DNA from: an uncultured Bacteroidales bacterium
GTDB taxonomy: Bacteria; Bacteroidota; Bacteroidia; Bacteroidales; FEN-979
Assembly: GCA_963800585.1 (NCBI GenBank)
Contig: CAWDBP010000008.1
Location: forward strand, 262,175 to 326,174
Length of the DNA: 64,000 bases
Direction of reading: 5' to 3'
Numbering within the stretch: position 1 is the first letter of the stretch; every line of letters begins with the position of its first letter. Below are positions 35,537 through 45,375 of this stretch, piece after piece. Under the pieces are notes generated by a model. That model saw nothing but the letters and a program-made list of their open reading frames with translations. It had not been told where the DNA came from and searched no databases. Both the position numbers and the translations under genes were made by a program.

Positions 35537-37629
35537 ATGAAAAAAATTCCATTCTTCTCTGTTTTTCCTTCATCTCGGTCTTCTGTTTCCCCCAATGGAA
35601 ATGGCAAAACCCTTTGCCTCAGGGAAACCAACTCTACTCAGTTTGTTTTACTACTGACATTGATGGTTATGCAGTAGGAGAAGCAGGAACGATATTGAAG
35701 ACCACCAACGGGGGAACAACCTGGACAATCTATTCAAGTGGGGCGCTTAATTTATACTCGGTTTTTTTTACGGATGTAAATACCGGATATGCCACAGGAT
35801 CAGGTCCCAATGGTGCCCTGATTTTTAAAACTGACAATGCAGGAACAACGTGGTATACATTATATAGTCTACCAGGCGGTGGAATAGGATCAATCTTCTT
35901 TCCTGATATTAATACGGGTTATGCTGTTGCCGGTGCTACTATTATAAAAACAACAAATGCCGGATTAACCTGGACTACATTACCTACCGGTCTATCCGGT
36001 TGGTTAACGTCCCTTTATTTTACTGATGATAATACGGGTTATGTTGTGAGTGGATATGGAAATATCATTAAGACAATAAATGGAGGCTCAACCTGGGATA
36101 CATTGTCAAGTGGGACCACTCATCCATTGAATTCTGTGTTTTTTACGAATACAAATGTGGGTTTTATTGGAGGGATGGATGGGGTTCTATTGAAAACAAT
36201 CAATGCAGGAACAACATGGATATTGGATACAAATGGATTGGGGCCACAACTTATTTTTGATTCATTTAATTCAATCTTTTTTACTGATGCCAATAATGGT
36301 TACATTACTGGTGAGGCTTTAGGTAATCCCGTCATTTTTAAAACAATCAATGCAGGGACAACATGGACTACAATTCCGACTGTAATAGAGGGTTCATCAA
36401 TTTACTTTCCGGATAGTAATACCGGTTACATGGTAGGTGGGCCAGCAATTCTAAAAACAACAAATTATGGTATGGATTGGAACCAACTATCCAGTGGGGA
36501 ATATAGTAACGCATTGAACTCAGTCCATTTCCCGGATGCCGGCACGGGATATGCGGTGGGTGAGGAAGGGACTGTTTTGAAAACCTCAAATGGAGGAACG
36601 GACTGGACCATTTTATCTAATTTTACTAGTGATCCGCTATATTCGGTATACTTTACTGATGCAAATACAGGTTATGTTGCTGGATGGTTTGGCGCTCTTT
36701 TTAAAACGATCAATGGCGGCGCATCGTGGGTTCAATTAGCAACCTTGTCAACATTTGAATTTAGTTCGCTTTTTTTTACTGATGCCAATACGGGTTATGC
36801 TGTAGGTAACATGTACGGTAATCAATCAGGTTTCATAATAAAGACGAAGGATGCAGGAGTGACATGGACACAAACTCCCATAAATTATTTGTTGACCTCA
36901 GTATACTTTCCAGATCCAAATACAGGCTATGCTGCAGGATATACATTAAATAATGGTCAGGGAGTAATATTAAAAACCACAGATGCCGGCAATTCCTGGA
37001 ATGTATTGTTGAACGATGCCTATCAGGCATTTTATTCTGTATATTTTACAAATGATAACATTGGCTATGCAGTGGGATACAGCGGTATTATGATGAAAAC
37101 GATAGACGGTGGGTCAACTTGGATAAACTTACCAAGTGGGACATCTTATATATTGAATTCGGTTTTCTTTCTTAACACCAATAAAGGTTATGTGGTAGAT
37201 GAACGTGGTGACATTTTAAAGACAATTGATGGGGGTATTACCTGGTCAAACGATTCGAGCGGAACATGGAACGGGTTATATTCAGTATTCTTTACTGATT
37301 CTACAACTGGTTACACTGTAGGGGGTGGTGGAACCATATTAAAAATAGGCAATGGAGGAACTGACCTTGTTGAAGAACACAAACCAACCAATGAAATTTT
37401 CACCATCAGCCCGAACCCGGCAAAAGGCAAGTGCAATGTGCAATGTGCAAAGTGCAATATTCAGGATATTGAAATTTTCAATGAGACGGGGGAGAGGGTT
37501 TATCAGCAGGCGTTTTCGGGAATTAAGGGTACTGGTGTTGAGATTAATTTTAACCTACCGGCGGGAATTTATTTTGTGAAAATAAGGCACGAAAAGGGAA
37601 TAAGTGTTCAAAAACTGGTTATTGATTAA
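35537..37629 (+). CDS. T9SS cargo: Ycf48/BNR-like multi-bladed beta-propeller repeat protein, interrupted by a frameshift in an A7 run right after the start codon
   Basis: About 14 repeats of G(Y/F)AVG..G.I(L/F)KT.NGG.TW, with a C-terminal PNPAKG...GIYFVKI...KLVID sorting domain. ATG at 35537 plus A7 (35540-35546). One extra A would give MKKNSILLCFSFISVFCFPQWKWQNPLPQGNQLYSV..., fused to the 35614 ORF. Confidence 0.75.
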
Positions 37630-37829
37630 TTAATTCAACCGGACAAGGTGAAAATTTCATTTATAAATTCTGGTTCGTTGGACTTTCTGCTATAATCTTC
37701 AATGATTATTGATTGTTTTTTGAATAATATAAGGGAAATTACGAACAAACTTAAGGAAAGAACCCTTTTATTAATAATTTTGCCGGCAACCAATTCAATT
37801 AGTTCTACCATTAACAACATCCGACTCTT

Positions 37830-38831
37830 ATGGCATTCAATCTCAGAAACAGGAATTTTTTAAAGGAACTGGACTTTACGCCAGGGGAAATAAAATTCTT
37901 ACTCAACTTAGCCCTCGACCTTAAAAATGCAAAATATTCAGGAACGGAACAGCAGAGGCTCAAAGGGAAGAACATTGCCCTGATATTCGAGAAAGCCTCT
38001 ACCCGTACACGATGTGCATTTGAAGTCGCTGCCCTCGAGCAGGGTGCCCACGTTACTTACCTTGGTCCTGAAGGATCACACATAGGGAAAAAAGAAACAA
38101 TGAAGGATACGGCCCGCGTGCTCGGACGGATGTATGACGGCATTGAATACCGCGGTTTCGGACAATCGATCGTCGAAGAACTTGCACAATATGCCGGCGT
38201 TCCGGTATGGAATGGACTCACCAACGAATTTCACCCCACCCAGGTACTGGCTGATTTGCTGACTATGATGGAGCATTCAGACAAACCTCTTAACAAGATT
38301 TCCTTCTGCTATTGCGGTGATGCCAGGTACAATATGGCGAATTCCTTAATGGCAGGCGCAGCAAAAATGGGTATGGATTTTCGTGCCGCTGCTCCGAAAA
38401 AATACTGGCCGGCAAAGGAACTGATCGACCAGTGCAAACAGATCGCTAAGGAAACCGGTGCAAAGATTCTTGTTACAGAGGATGTTTATGCCGCAGTGAA
38501 AGGTGTCGATTTTATTTATACCGATGTTTGGGTTTCCATGGGCGAAGCGCCCAGCCTTTGGGAGGAGCGTATCCATGAGATGCTTCCTTACCAGGTAAAC
38601 AAAGCGCTCATGGAAAAAACAGGTAACCCGCAGGTGAAATTCCTGCATTGTCTTCCTGCATTCCATAATACCGATACAGAAATCGGGAAAGATATCTTTA
38701 ACCGTTACGGGATCAATGGCATGGAAGTGACAGAGGAGGTTTTTGAATCACCTGCCTCCATCGTTTTCGATGAAGCTGAAAACCGTCTGCATACGATCAA
38801 AGCTGTAATGGTGGCTACGCTGGGCGACTAA
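37830..38831 (+). CDS. argF: Ornithine carbamoyltransferase
   Basis: STRTR, HPTQ and HCLP motifs. 333 aa, full length. Confidence 0.9.
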   Translation: MAFNLRNRNFLKELDFTPGEIKFLLNLALDLKNAKYSGTEQQRLKGKNIALIFEKASTRTRCAFEVAALEQGAHVTYLGPEGSHIGKKETMKDTARVLGRMYDGIEYRGFGQSIVEELAQYAGVPVWNGLTNEFHPTQVLADLLTMMEHSDKPLNKISFCYCGDARYNMANSLMAGAAKMGMDFRAAAPKKYWPAKELIDQCKQIAKETGAKILVTEDVYAAVKGVDFIYTDVWVSMGEAPSLWEERIHEMLPYQVNKALMEKTGNPQVKFLHCLPAFHNTDTEIGKDIFNRYGINGMEVTEEVFESPASIVFDEAENRLHTIKAVMVATLGD

Positions 38832-39503
38832 TTGAATTCACGAACGTTCCCTTCGTCGCATCGTAAGGTCCTGGCCGGAAACTTTTCAAAGAAATTATAG
38901 TTATGGGTAGCCATAAGGACGGCTCTTCCTGTTTTTGAAATATCAAAGAGTAGTCCGATGATCCCTTCTGACGTTTCAGGGTCAAGGTTTCCAGTAGGCT
39001 CATCCGCAAGGATGATCTCAGGATCGTTGACCAATGCCCTCGCTATCCCTACACGCTGCTGTTCTCCTCCTGAAAGTTTATGAGGCATGCTGTTACTTTT
39101 GGTCTCCAGGTTTACCTTGGCCAGCACTTCATGCATCCTGCGCTGCATATCCTTCTTGTTTTTCCATCCCGTAGCCTGCATGACAAAGTAAAGATTTTCA
39201 GCAACAGTCCTGTCCATCAATAACTGAAAGTCCTGGAAAACGATGCCAAGTTTTCTCCTGAGAAAAGGAATTTCTTTTGTTCGTAGGGTTCTCAGGTTAA
39301 AACCGGCAACCATCGCACTTCCGTTCTTTACTTCCAGGTCGGCATAAAGCGTTTTTAACAAACTGCTTTTCCCACTGCCGGTCTTTCCGATAAGATATAC
39401 AAATTCACCTTTGTCCAATTTCAATGCTTACATTCGCAAGGATCAGGTTCTCGTTGTGGTAGATTGATACTTTACCAAATTTGATGATGACATTGTTCTC
39501 CAT
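38828..39503 (-). pseudogene. ftsE: Cell-division ABC ATPase FtsE, split by a 1-nt frameshift near codon 28
   Basis: 39503->39405 encodes MENNVIIKFGKVSIYHNENLILANVSIE..., then a stop. The 39424 ORF continues LDKGEFVYLIGKTGSGKSS...LSGGEQQR...ILADEPTGNLD. Removing one A from GAAATTGG (39417-39424, minus strand) restores SIELDKGEF. Confidence 0.8.
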
Positions 39504-39768
39504 GAAGATCATGATTGATGAGCCAAAAATAAGGAAAGTTTCTGAACATGCTTCTATTAAAATTCCAACTTACGCATTTCCCCATATGGAAGCTCGGGAG
39601 GCGATGAAAGGATCTCTTCCATTTTATCCAGCAGGTTGCAACGCGCAATGCCCTGGTGGGGTTATTTACCCGGAAATATGCGATCAGCGTAAAATCCTCA
39701 TCCCTTATCTGGACATAATCGGGGATCTTTTTCGTTCCCTCGGATCCTTATAATATACATGGTCCGCT

Positions 39769-41616
39769 TCATCTTACCGGCCATTGAATACCTTCCATAT
39801 ATGTATATTGCTGCTCATCTTTCAAAGAAATAAAATCGATCTTCAGATCGTTAATAAACAATGGGGCACTTCCTTTGTTATTGAAAAAATAGATTTTGGC
39901 AATACTGTTTTCAGGTATATCCCGGGGAACATAAAATGCCGCTTCAACGGGCGTCCATTGATAGGCCTGAACGTAAGGAGAAATATAATATGAATTATGG
40001 CTCAGTTTTTTATCCCCTGATCTGATTTCCACTACAATTGTCGATCCTGATTTTATCCCAAAAGACCAAACCATCGCAGCTACCTTTATGATCCTGTTCG
40101 GAGAAGTGAACAGGGGTGCCAGTGTCTCGTATCTGCCTACACTGTATGGATGTTTATGTGTGATCAGCGAAGAATGCTTTCCGGAAAATCCAAAGGGACT
40201 CTTGAGCGTCCATGGGTTTTCCCATCCTTCCGGCTTTTCCATGTCAGTGAAGAAGCTCTTGCTGCCAATAATGGCTTCTTCCGGAAGGTAGACCCTGGCC
40301 ACAGGCTGAATTCGTAAAAAGGAATCCTTGTATATCTCACGAGTAATAGTTGTAGCAGGAAAGATGAATAAAGAATGCTGGTAGCATTGAAAGATATTGA
40401 GACCGGTGAGTAGGATCAGGATTGTAGTCACAAGATAGCGTACTACATTTCTCTTCTGAAGAGATTTATAAAGCAGGAACAGAAGAATTCCAATAAGCGC
40501 ATAGAGATCAACGAATATCCGTTGTCCGCATTTGGAAGCATAATACCACATCCACCAGCACGAAGAGATGTAGATGAAAATGATTAAGAAGAAAAATGTC
40601 CAGTAAAAGGCGTATTTATTTTCTTTCCAAAGGCGAAAGAACCCGAATAAGGAGACCAGCGCAACGGGCGTATAGATGAACCAACCACGATTGAAGCTGA
40701 AAAGAATACCAATAAAATGAGGATGGAGAAAATGGAATCGTTCCTCACCGTATTGATAAACAAACCAATGACCTGTCGTGTGATGCCAGAGGATCAATGG
40801 GATTGAGAAAAGCAAAAGTAAGATCAGGATGCCGGATACCAGGTACTTGAGGATAGGGGATGGAGGCTGAAGGATTGTAGATAATGGATTTCGGATTTCC
40901 GGATTGGCAATCCATGCCATAAACAGCAGAAGAAGAAGGATCAGTCCGTTAGTTGGCCTTACCAATACGATCAATCCAAACAAAATGGCGGAGAAGATAA
41001 TATACTTCCCTTTTTTATCATGAAAGTATTGGTAAGTATAAAAAAGAAACATCGAAATCAGGGCAAAAGAATAAACATGGCTCATTGAATCTTCAACGAT
41101 TGTAAAGTACAATATATTAGTACCCAAAGCGACGATGAAGGTGATTAATGATGCAGTCTTAACAAGCGCTCCTGATCTTTTTAAAAGTCTCATCAGGAAC
41201 CTGCATCCAAGCCATAAATAAAAAAGTGCAGCGATTGAAATGGCATACTGGTATAATAGGGAATACCCATCCATCGGATAACCCAGGAAATAACTTAATA
41301 GATGAGCGATAAGGAAAAACGGAAGCCACAAAAGTGCCAGTCCGGGGAAACATTTATTTATGATTTTTCCATTCGACTGGATCCTGAATTCCTTGAATAC
41401 TGCCCGATCAGGTGGATAATATTTATCCTCATAATACTCGACAAATTTATAGGATAGATCATGATAGATAAAAAAGGCAGGTAGATAAGCATAATATCCT
41501 TTTCCATCGCTGTTGATTGAACGGTCCCAGGTTTCGCCGGGATGTTTGAAAAAAATAAAAAGCAGGATATAACAAACAAGGATAAATTCTGGGGTAAATT
41601 TCAATACCTGTTTCAT
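39769..41616 (-). CDS. Polytopic membrane protein, possibly a GT-C-fold (PMT/ArnT-like) glycosyltransferase
   Basis: 615 aa with about 11 TM helices plus a ~200-aa C-terminal soluble domain. First loop has SDGKGYYAYLP. The family call is tentative. Confidence 0.4.
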   Translation of the reverse strand: MKQVLKFTPEFILVCYILLFIFFKHPGETWDRSINSDGKGYYAYLPAFFIYHDLSYKFVEYYEDKYYPPDRAVFKEFRIQSNGKIINKCFPGLALLWLPFFLIAHLLSYFLGYPMDGYSLLYQYAISIAALFYLWLGCRFLMRLLKRSGALVKTASLITFIVALGTNILYFTIVEDSMSHVYSFALISMFLFYTYQYFHDKKGKYIIFSAILFGLIVLVRPTNGLILLLLLFMAWIANPEIRNPLSTILQPPSPILKYLVSGILILLLLFSIPLILWHHTTGHWFVYQYGEERFHFLHPHFIGILFSFNRGWFIYTPVALVSLFGFFRLWKENKYAFYWTFFFLIIFIYISSCWWMWYYASKCGQRIFVDLYALIGILLFLLYKSLQKRNVVRYLVTTILILLTGLNIFQCYQHSLFIFPATTITREIYKDSFLRIQPVARVYLPEEAIIGSKSFFTDMEKPEGWENPWTLKSPFGFSGKHSSLITHKHPYSVGRYETLAPLFTSPNRIIKVAAMVWSFGIKSGSTIVVEIRSGDKKLSHNSYYISPYVQAYQWTPVEAAFYVPRDIPENSIAKIYFFNNKGSAPLFINDLKIDFISLKDEQQYTYMEGIQWPVR

Positions 41617-41622
41617 GGCAGA

Positions 41623-42363
41623 TCAGGATTGTTTTCTCTGGCGCAGGATCTCGTAAATGATAACACCGGTCGCTACCGATACATTTAATGATTGGATCTC
41701 ACCGAGGATCGGGATCCGTATGAGCTCATCAGCAGCCTTAAGAAGGTCATCTGAAATTCCACTTTCCTCAGATCCAAGAATAAGGGCCAGAGGTTGAGTC
41801 ATGTCCACGTCTGTGTAATAAGAATCCGCTTTTTCTGTTGCAGCAATAATTTTCAGGCCACTGTCTTTTAAAAACGTAATCGATTCTTTAATAGAGTGAT
41901 AGCGGCATACCGGGACTTTGTACAAGGCACCGGCGGAAGTCTTGATTGCATCCTGGTTGACTTGTGCAGATCCTTTTTCAGGGAGGAGGATGGCATCCAC
42001 TCCTGAACATTCAGCGGTTCGGGCAATCGCCCCCAGGTTACGAACATCAGTAATGTGATCGAGCATCAGCACCAGTGGCACCTTGCCTTGCTCGTAGACA
42101 AAAGGAAGTATAGACTCAATTTTCTGATAGGTGATTTCAGAGATCATGGCAATCACCCCCTGGTGATTTTGCCTGGACATCCGGTTTAGTTTTTCCAGAG
42201 GGACAAACTGAACCGGGATCTCCATCTCCCTCATCAATGCATGAAGTTGCAGGAAGCCTTCACCCCTCAACCCCGTCTGGATCAATACCTTTTCAATCTC
42301 TTTCCCCGATTTCAGGGCTTCCATTACCGGATGTATCCCGTAAATAAAATTTTCTTTTTTCAA
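41623..42363 (-). CDS. rlmB: SpoU/TrmH-family 23S rRNA (Gm2251) 2'-O-methyltransferase
   Basis: IYGIHPVMEAL... N-terminal substrate-binding domain, plus LDHITDVRNLGAIARTAE and LGSEESGIS...IPILGEIQSLNVSVA motifs. Confidence 0.85.
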   Translation of the reverse strand: MKKENFIYGIHPVMEALKSGKEIEKVLIQTGLRGEGFLQLHALMREMEIPVQFVPLEKLNRMSRQNHQGVIAMISEITYQKIESILPFVYEQGKVPLVLMLDHITDVRNLGAIARTAECSGVDAILLPEKGSAQVNQDAIKTSAGALYKVPVCRYHSIKESITFLKDSGLKIIAATEKADSYYTDVDMTQPLALILGSEESGISDDLLKAADELIRIPILGEIQSLNVSVATGVIIYEILRQRKQS

Positions 42364-42460
42364 CTATTATCGCCTTTCTTTATTTTTTCTCTTTTGGGTT
42401 TAACAGGAAATCCTCTTTCACAGATAAATCGCATAGTCCCTAAGATCGCAAAAAATGGAC

Positions 42461-42504
42461 TTAGCGTTTTTTAGCGTCTTAGCGTCTTCGCGGTAAAAAA
42501 AAAA
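42461..42504 (+). repeat. 44-bp interspersed repeat, copy 1 (TTAGCGTTTTTTAGCGTCTTAGCGTCTTCGCGGT + A-run)
   Basis: Near-identical to 52062-52104. Contains internal TTAGCGTC reiterations. Confidence 0.8.
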
Positions 42505-42533
42505 CATAATTTTCCGTAACAAATATTTGATCA

Positions 42534-43898
42534 TCATTCCTTGTCTGTTTCCTCTGCTTTATCCAATAAATTTTTAGGCAGACTTTTCGCTGTCCGGGCT
42601 CCGAGTTCCTTTAGCTTTTCAACTTTCCCAATAATATTTCCAGTTCCCGAAGAGAGTTTTTTATGGGCTTCATCGTAGGATTTCTTCACTGTATCGAGTT
42701 GGCTGCCAACTTTTTCAAGATCAGCAAGGAAGGAAACAAATTTATCATAAAGCAATCCTCCCTGCCGGGCAATTTCAATGGCATTCTGGGTCTGCTTCTC
42801 GTGTTTCCAGATAGATGCTATCGTGCGCAATGTGGCAAGCAGGGTAGTGGGACTAACGATCACCACGTTCCGGTCCCAGGCATAATTGAAAAGCTCTGCA
42901 TCGTTTTGCAACGCGAGACTGAAAGCCGATTCAATAGGCATGAAAAGCAATACATAGTCAGGTGTATCGAATGCATCAAGCATCTGGTATCCTTTCTCTC
43001 CCAAAAGCTTGACATGGTTGTGAATAGAGAGAAGGTGAAGCTTAAGGCTTTTATCTTTTTCAACAGCATCCTCCGTATTGACAAACTCAGTATATGCATT
43101 GAGCGATACCTTTGAATCGATGATAATGTGTTTGTTGTCAGGCAGATTGATGATCACATCCGGGCGATATTTGTCACCTTCATCCGATCGTGTACTGAAT
43201 TCCCTTATGTATTCCTGTCCTTTGACCAATCCTGAGCTTTCAAGTACTTTATCCAACACCAATTCTCCCCAGTTACCCTGTTTTTTCGGATCCAGTCTCA
43301 ATGCATGGGTCAGGTTCTTGGCATCCTCGCTGATCTGCTGGTTCATTTCTGCCAGTGTCTTTATTTCTTTTTCCAGTGAAAACCTCTGCTTCGATTCTTT
43401 ATCATAGGTTTCATCAACCTTCTTTTCAAATTCCTTAAGGTTTTCTCTTAAGGGTTTCAGAATCTCTTCCAGTTTGGTGCTATTCTGTTCAGTGAATTTC
43501 TGCGTTTTTTCTTCAAGGATCTCATTGGCTAAGTTTTTGAAAGCAATCCTTAGTTTTTCCTCAGAGGCTTCAATATCTGCCTGTTTGATCTGAAGATCTT
43601 CAATAAGCCTTTTATTCTCTGCACCTAGTCTGGCACTCTCGCGATTTAGTCCAACAATAACTTCTTCTTTTTCTTTTATTATTTGGGAGGCTGACTGCGC
43701 CTGCTCTTCCAGCATTTGTATTTTTCCTTCTGCTGCAACTTTTTCAGCGGAAAGATTTGCTATACGTTGTTTTGCTTCCTCCAGTTCAGCATTACCTGGT
43801 CGTGATGAAGATTTATTCAACTTCATCCAGATTAAAACCAAAGCAAGGATGACAGCAATTTCAATTATAATAGTGATCACTTCAACCATAAAATTCAA
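42534..43898 (-). CDS. rmuC: DNA recombination protein RmuC
   Basis: N-terminal TM helix, long coiled coil, and a C-terminal nuclease-like domain (GNWGELVL...PDVIINLPDNKHIIIDSKVSL...). Confidence 0.85.
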   Translation of the reverse strand: MNFMVEVITIIIEIAVILALVLIWMKLNKSSSRPGNAELEEAKQRIANLSAEKVAAEGKIQMLEEQAQSASQIIKEKEEVIVGLNRESARLGAENKRLIEDLQIKQADIEASEEKLRIAFKNLANEILEEKTQKFTEQNSTKLEEILKPLRENLKEFEKKVDETYDKESKQRFSLEKEIKTLAEMNQQISEDAKNLTHALRLDPKKQGNWGELVLDKVLESSGLVKGQEYIREFSTRSDEGDKYRPDVIINLPDNKHIIIDSKVSLNAYTEFVNTEDAVEKDKSLKLHLLSIHNHVKLLGEKGYQMLDAFDTPDYVLLFMPIESAFSLALQNDAELFNYAWDRNVVIVSPTTLLATLRTIASIWKHEKQTQNAIEIARQGGLLYDKFVSFLADLEKVGSQLDTVKKSYDEAHKKLSSGTGNIIGKVEKLKELGARTAKSLPKNLLDKAEETDKE

Positions 43899-44051
43899 AC
43901 TTGATTTGTTTCTTTAGTTAAATAGCTTAACCGATCACCAAATATCGTTATTTTTAGTGTGTAGTCAGAAAATATTATTCCTTAAGAGCGTCCGACAGAA
44001 ATTGTCTCAAATTAACCTATATAATCTCCGACCCTGAAAATTATTGACATA

Positions 44052-44351
44052 TCAGGCAGTAGAAATTTTATATCGCTTAATAGAGCTAAATACCTCTTGC
44101 TTCTCTTTTAAGGCTTCTTCTAGGTCAAAGTCATCTTGAAGTCCTAGCCAAAATTTAGCGGAATTACCAAAATAATTACTGAGTCTTAAGGCGGTATCTG
44201 CAGTGACTCTTCGTCTTCCTTTGACAATTTCACTTATTCTGGTTTGAGGAATCTTAATATCGTTTGATAACCTATATGCTGAAATATTCATCGGAATTAA
44301 GAATTCCTCCATTAATACCTCACCCGGATGTATGTTTTGCAATTTTCCCAT
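44052..44351 (-). CDS. higA: HigA-family antitoxin (XRE-type HTH)
   Basis: IHPGEVLMEEFL...SAYRLSNDIKIPQTRISEIVKGRRRVTADTALRLSNYFGNSAKFWLGLQ. Confidence 0.85.
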   Translation of the reverse strand: MGKLQNIHPGEVLMEEFLIPMNISAYRLSNDIKIPQTRISEIVKGRRRVTADTALRLSNYFGNSAKFWLGLQDDFDLEEALKEKQEVFSSIKRYKISTA

Positions 44352-44358
44352 AGTTCAT

Positions 44359-44643
44359 TTATTTATGATAATCAATAATTTCAACTTCGTATGCATGTCC
44401 ATTATTCCATTTAAAAATAATTCGCCATTGATCATTAATCCTGATGCTGTGATAATCTTTTCGGTCGCCTGTAAACTTTTCTAATCTATTTGATGGAGGA
44501 ATTTTTAAATCAATTATTGAAACAGAATTATTTAACATTCTCAGTTTTCTTCTTCCAATGTGCTGAATTTCAAAAGGTAATCTAACAGATCTTAATCCTT
44601 TCCAAATTTTTTCAGTTTCTTTTAACCCGAATGATTTTATCAT
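44359..44643 (-). CDS. higB: HigB-like RelE/ParE-superfamily toxin (plasmid maintenance killer type)
   Basis: 94 aa. ...NRLEKFTGDRKDYHSIRINDQWRIIFKW..., and 7 bp upstream of higA. Confidence 0.8.
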   Translation of the reverse strand: MIKSFGLKETEKIWKGLRSVRLPFEIQHIGRRKLRMLNNSVSIIDLKIPPSNRLEKFTGDRKDYHSIRINDQWRIIFKWNNGHAYEVEIIDYHK

Positions 44644-44745
44644 ACTGTCGAATTACGATACTAACGCCAAAGGTAGGTATTTTTTATTTAAAAAATAATA
44701 CGATCTTTACATTTTCAACAAATTATTTCTTTCATTGATTCTTTT

Positions 44746-45248
44746 ATGACCCGGATTGGCATTCTCTCAGATACCCACTCATTGATCCACCCGAGTACAT
44801 ATGAGTTTTTTAAAGATTGTGATGAGATCTGGCATGCAGGCGATATCGGAAATTTCCAGTTGGCGGAGGAATTGCGTAAGTTTAAACCTTTAAGGGCAGT
44901 GTATGGGAACATCGATGGAGCCGAGCTAAGAAAGATCTTTCCACGGGACCTGATTTTTTATAGTGAAAAGGTTAAAGTCGTAATGACACATATCGGTGGG
45001 TATCCCGGACGTTATGAAAAATACGGCCAGTGGAACTGATCAGGAAGGAAAAACCCCAATTGTTTGTAACTGGTCATTCCCATATCTTAAAGGTGATGTT
45101 TGATAAAAAATACCAATTGCTCTTTATAAACCCCGGAGCAGCCGGAAAGTACGGATTTCATAACTCTATCACAATGGTAAGACTTGTTATCGAAGGAGAT
45201 CAGATGAAAGACCTGAAGTACTGGATATTCCAAAGAAGTGAAAATTGA
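44746..45248 (+). pseudogene. YfcE/MJ0936-family metallophosphoesterase, split by one frameshift
   Basis: ORF 44746-45039 (ILSDTHS...WHAGDIG...) and ORF 45030-45248 (...FVTGHSHILKV...INPGAAG) together form one phosphoesterase. Confidence 0.75.
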
Positions 45249-45270
45249 TAATTCCCACATGGCTAAGGAT

Positions 45271-45375
45271 TAACTCGTAACACCCAACACCTAAAACTTA
45301 ACACTTAAAACTTAACACTTAACACTTTACACCCAACCCCTATTACCCAACACCTATTACCCAATACCCAATTAC
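45271..45375 (+). repeat. Low-complexity C/A/T tract (100 nt without a single G on the + strand) made of short degenerate tandem units
   Basis: CTTAACACTTAAAA / CTTAACACTTAACAC and CTATTACCCAACAC x2 units. No G occurs between 45278 and 45377. Confidence 0.85.

Noticed and set aside
35238-35540. 100-aa ORF overlapping the MscS 3' end and the following intergenic region
   Set aside because: It is out of frame with MscS, low-complexity, and ends at the start of the T9SS cargo gene, so it is probably spurious.
39481-39753. 90-aa + strand ORF between ftsE and the GT-C-like gene
   Set aside because: Its 5' end overlaps the ftsE N-terminal coding segment on the opposite strand. It has no recognisable features and lies in what should be the ftsE promoter region, so it is probably spurious.
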